From: Haplodiscus bocki
Taxonomy: Eukaryota
Direction: 5' to 3'
Assembly: GCA_965655095.1 (NCBI GenBank)
Contig: OZ296658.1
Span: forward strand, 71,548,001-71,612,000
Length of the DNA stretch: 64,000 nucleotides
Of the stretch, positions 61,950 through 64,000 are shown in pieces. Every line of letters starts with the position of its first letter. The first letter of the stretch is position 1. The notes beneath the pieces are model-generated. The model did not search any database, was not told the DNA's origin, and was given only the letters and a program-made list of their open reading frames with translations. Both the position numbers and the translations under genes were made by a program.

Positions 61950-64000
61950 TACACGCGCGATAAATGAGACTTCTTGATCTCGATTTTTTTCTGCAAACAG
62001 GTAACAGACGTCTTTTCTTGTGAAATGTTTTCGGCACTGTTTATCCATCGTTTTCGAAGTGATAAGTTCGGAAAGAAGCCCTTAAGACAACGTTTCAGAA
62101 GTTCACTCAGTTCCATCACATAGAGCTCCTGTGGCGAGATGCTCGAAATATGATCAAGTTTTCTTTTCTTGAAGATGACTCCGAACTTTTTTTCTGTTAA
62201 GAATGAATTGTTTGGTGATTCAGTGTTCAACGCAGTTCCATAGATCTAAATTCCGTCTGTAATAATTGTTTCGATTCATACTTTGTACATCACCACCAAC
62301 AATTTTTGTGGATATTACTTTTCGTATCCTATGCAATATACTGGAAAATGTTTTCATTTTTCTCACTATTCTGTCAATGTGGCCTTTGAATGAAAATTTT
62401 TCATGAATAATTACTCCCAGGTACTTTTTCACTTGATATTGATACTTGTTTGTTCAATAGTTCTAAGCGTGATTTCTCTTTTGCTATATTTTTCTACGGA
62501 AGTCCTCTAATGTTCTTTTCTCTGTGTGTTGCTGGTTCTTTCGGGTCGCATATTAGAGCCGTTTCATCCGCGAAGTTGATTGTTTGCATTGAAAGCAAAT
62601 GGTCACTAATATCATTTGTATAAATCAGAAAAAGCAATGGTCCGAGAACAGATCCTTGGGGTTTTCAAATCTATTATTGACATTCCTGAAAATGTTCCTT
62701 TTACTTCTCTATTGATGTCGACTCCCTGGATAACTTTCCAAAAGATATAAACATTTACTCTTTGTCCATAGTTTTGCAGCTTTTCGAGTAGTAGTGAATG
62801 GTTTACTGTATCGAATGCTTTCTGAAAACCAGGAAACAAAGCAACCAAGTGGTTATTATTGTTATTCTGTGCCTCGAGAAACTCTTCACTGACGATGGAT
62901 AGTGCATCGACTGTGCCTCTATTCATCCTGAATCCGAATTCGTGATATTTGAAGATTTTGAATTTCTTGAAAACTACATTTTTTGAAGGAATTTTTCAAA
63001 TACTCTGGAGATTGTGTTAATCAATGTAATTGGTCTGAAATCCCTGGCTCTTTAAAGCTACCTGACTTGTGTAGTGACAATTCTAGTATATTTCATCTTC
63101 GGAGGAAAATACTTTTGACCAATTATGTCGTTGAATAACTTTAGCAGGAATGGTACCAGAGCAAATGAGAACTCTTTCAAGAAATAGTTTGATATTTCTG
63201 AGTGATCGCATGATTTTTCGTTTAACTAATTTTCATCGCTGTAAACCTGATTCTCACTTATGTCTTCCTGAAAAATCGACTGAGTGATGTTCCAGCTGGG
63301 TTGAGATTCACAGGAACGTTACTTATTTTACTAGCAAGATTTTTTCCGGAAACGAAAAACCTTTAAGCTAATCGGTCTCCACGTGACACTGATTTTTTGT
63401 ACTTTGTTGGTTGAGATAGATTTGGCTGAGTTTGAATATTTTTTGTCCATTCTGGAGCTTACTTCCCGTTTATTCAGTGTTATACTTTTTTTGCTCTGCG
63501 TAATAAGGCTTTTTGTGTTGTTCCTCTTCTCTATCTACATCTTTCTTCTGTGTGATGTGGGGTCTTTGAGGTATGTCCTTCTTAGTCTTTTTCTTTTGGA
63601 ATGCTTTTACGGAAAACTTTAGTACAACAATCCTGTTTCGACTTGATTTTATCAGTGGACACTATTCATCAATAGTATGAACAAGACAGTTAGTTGGCGC
63701 AGCACGTCAAGCTTCTGATCTATAGAAAAACTGTTCAGATATTTTTTATGAATAAATTTTGTAGATAAATTACCGCTCTGACAAAAGTTTCGGGATTTTC
63801 AAGTTTTTGATAGTCCCTAATGTTAGCATTATATTTTTCTGAATCATCTCCGTTAACAGCATAGACCATTACGTGATCACTGACTGTTCTTAAAACTATT
63901 CCACTTTTGCTCATTTCGCAATTTGAAAAAATAACATCAAGACAGGAGCCGTGACCATTATTGTTTAATCTCCTAGTGGCTTTCGGAGTTTTCGAGGTCA
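61950..64000 (-). pseudogene. Decayed LINE ORF2 (APE end + RT), runs off the right edge
   Basis: SCLDVIF..SDH (APE); GFRMNRGTVDA, FQKAFDTVNH, FADET, KYLGVIIHEKFSFKGHI (RT). Confidence 0.85.

Overview
This is AT-rich eukaryotic (metazoan-like) genomic DNA dominated by transposable elements. Most short ORFs in the track are spurious or decayed TE fragments. (1) 1-~9590: a head-to-tail tandem array (period 3617 bp, at least 3 copies, continuing off the left edge) of a CR1/L2-group LINE on the minus strand. One copy has a full PHD-finger ORF1; the others are cut at exactly the same nucleotide in ORF1 and fused to an (AT)9 tail. ORF1 and ORF2 (APE+RT) share a frame and are separated only by TGA-CTA, a known leaky stop-codon context. 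Both complete ORF2 copies share a nonsense codon and a frameshift near the C-terminus. (2) Two decayed, related Ty3/Gypsy elements (10.6-17.4 kb minus; about 39.2-43.9 kb plus), each with a TARG1/OARD1(DarG)-like macrodomain between RNase H and integrase. (3) Four exons (18460-26510, plus) that splice in phase to encode an extended Tudor (TDRD-like) domain, which the ORF track does not show. (4) A 1.8-kb internally deleted Maverick/Polinton with long TIRs and a pPolB remnant. (5) Many old LINE relics and a dispersed repeat family. All assignments come from reading motifs by eye; no searches were run.
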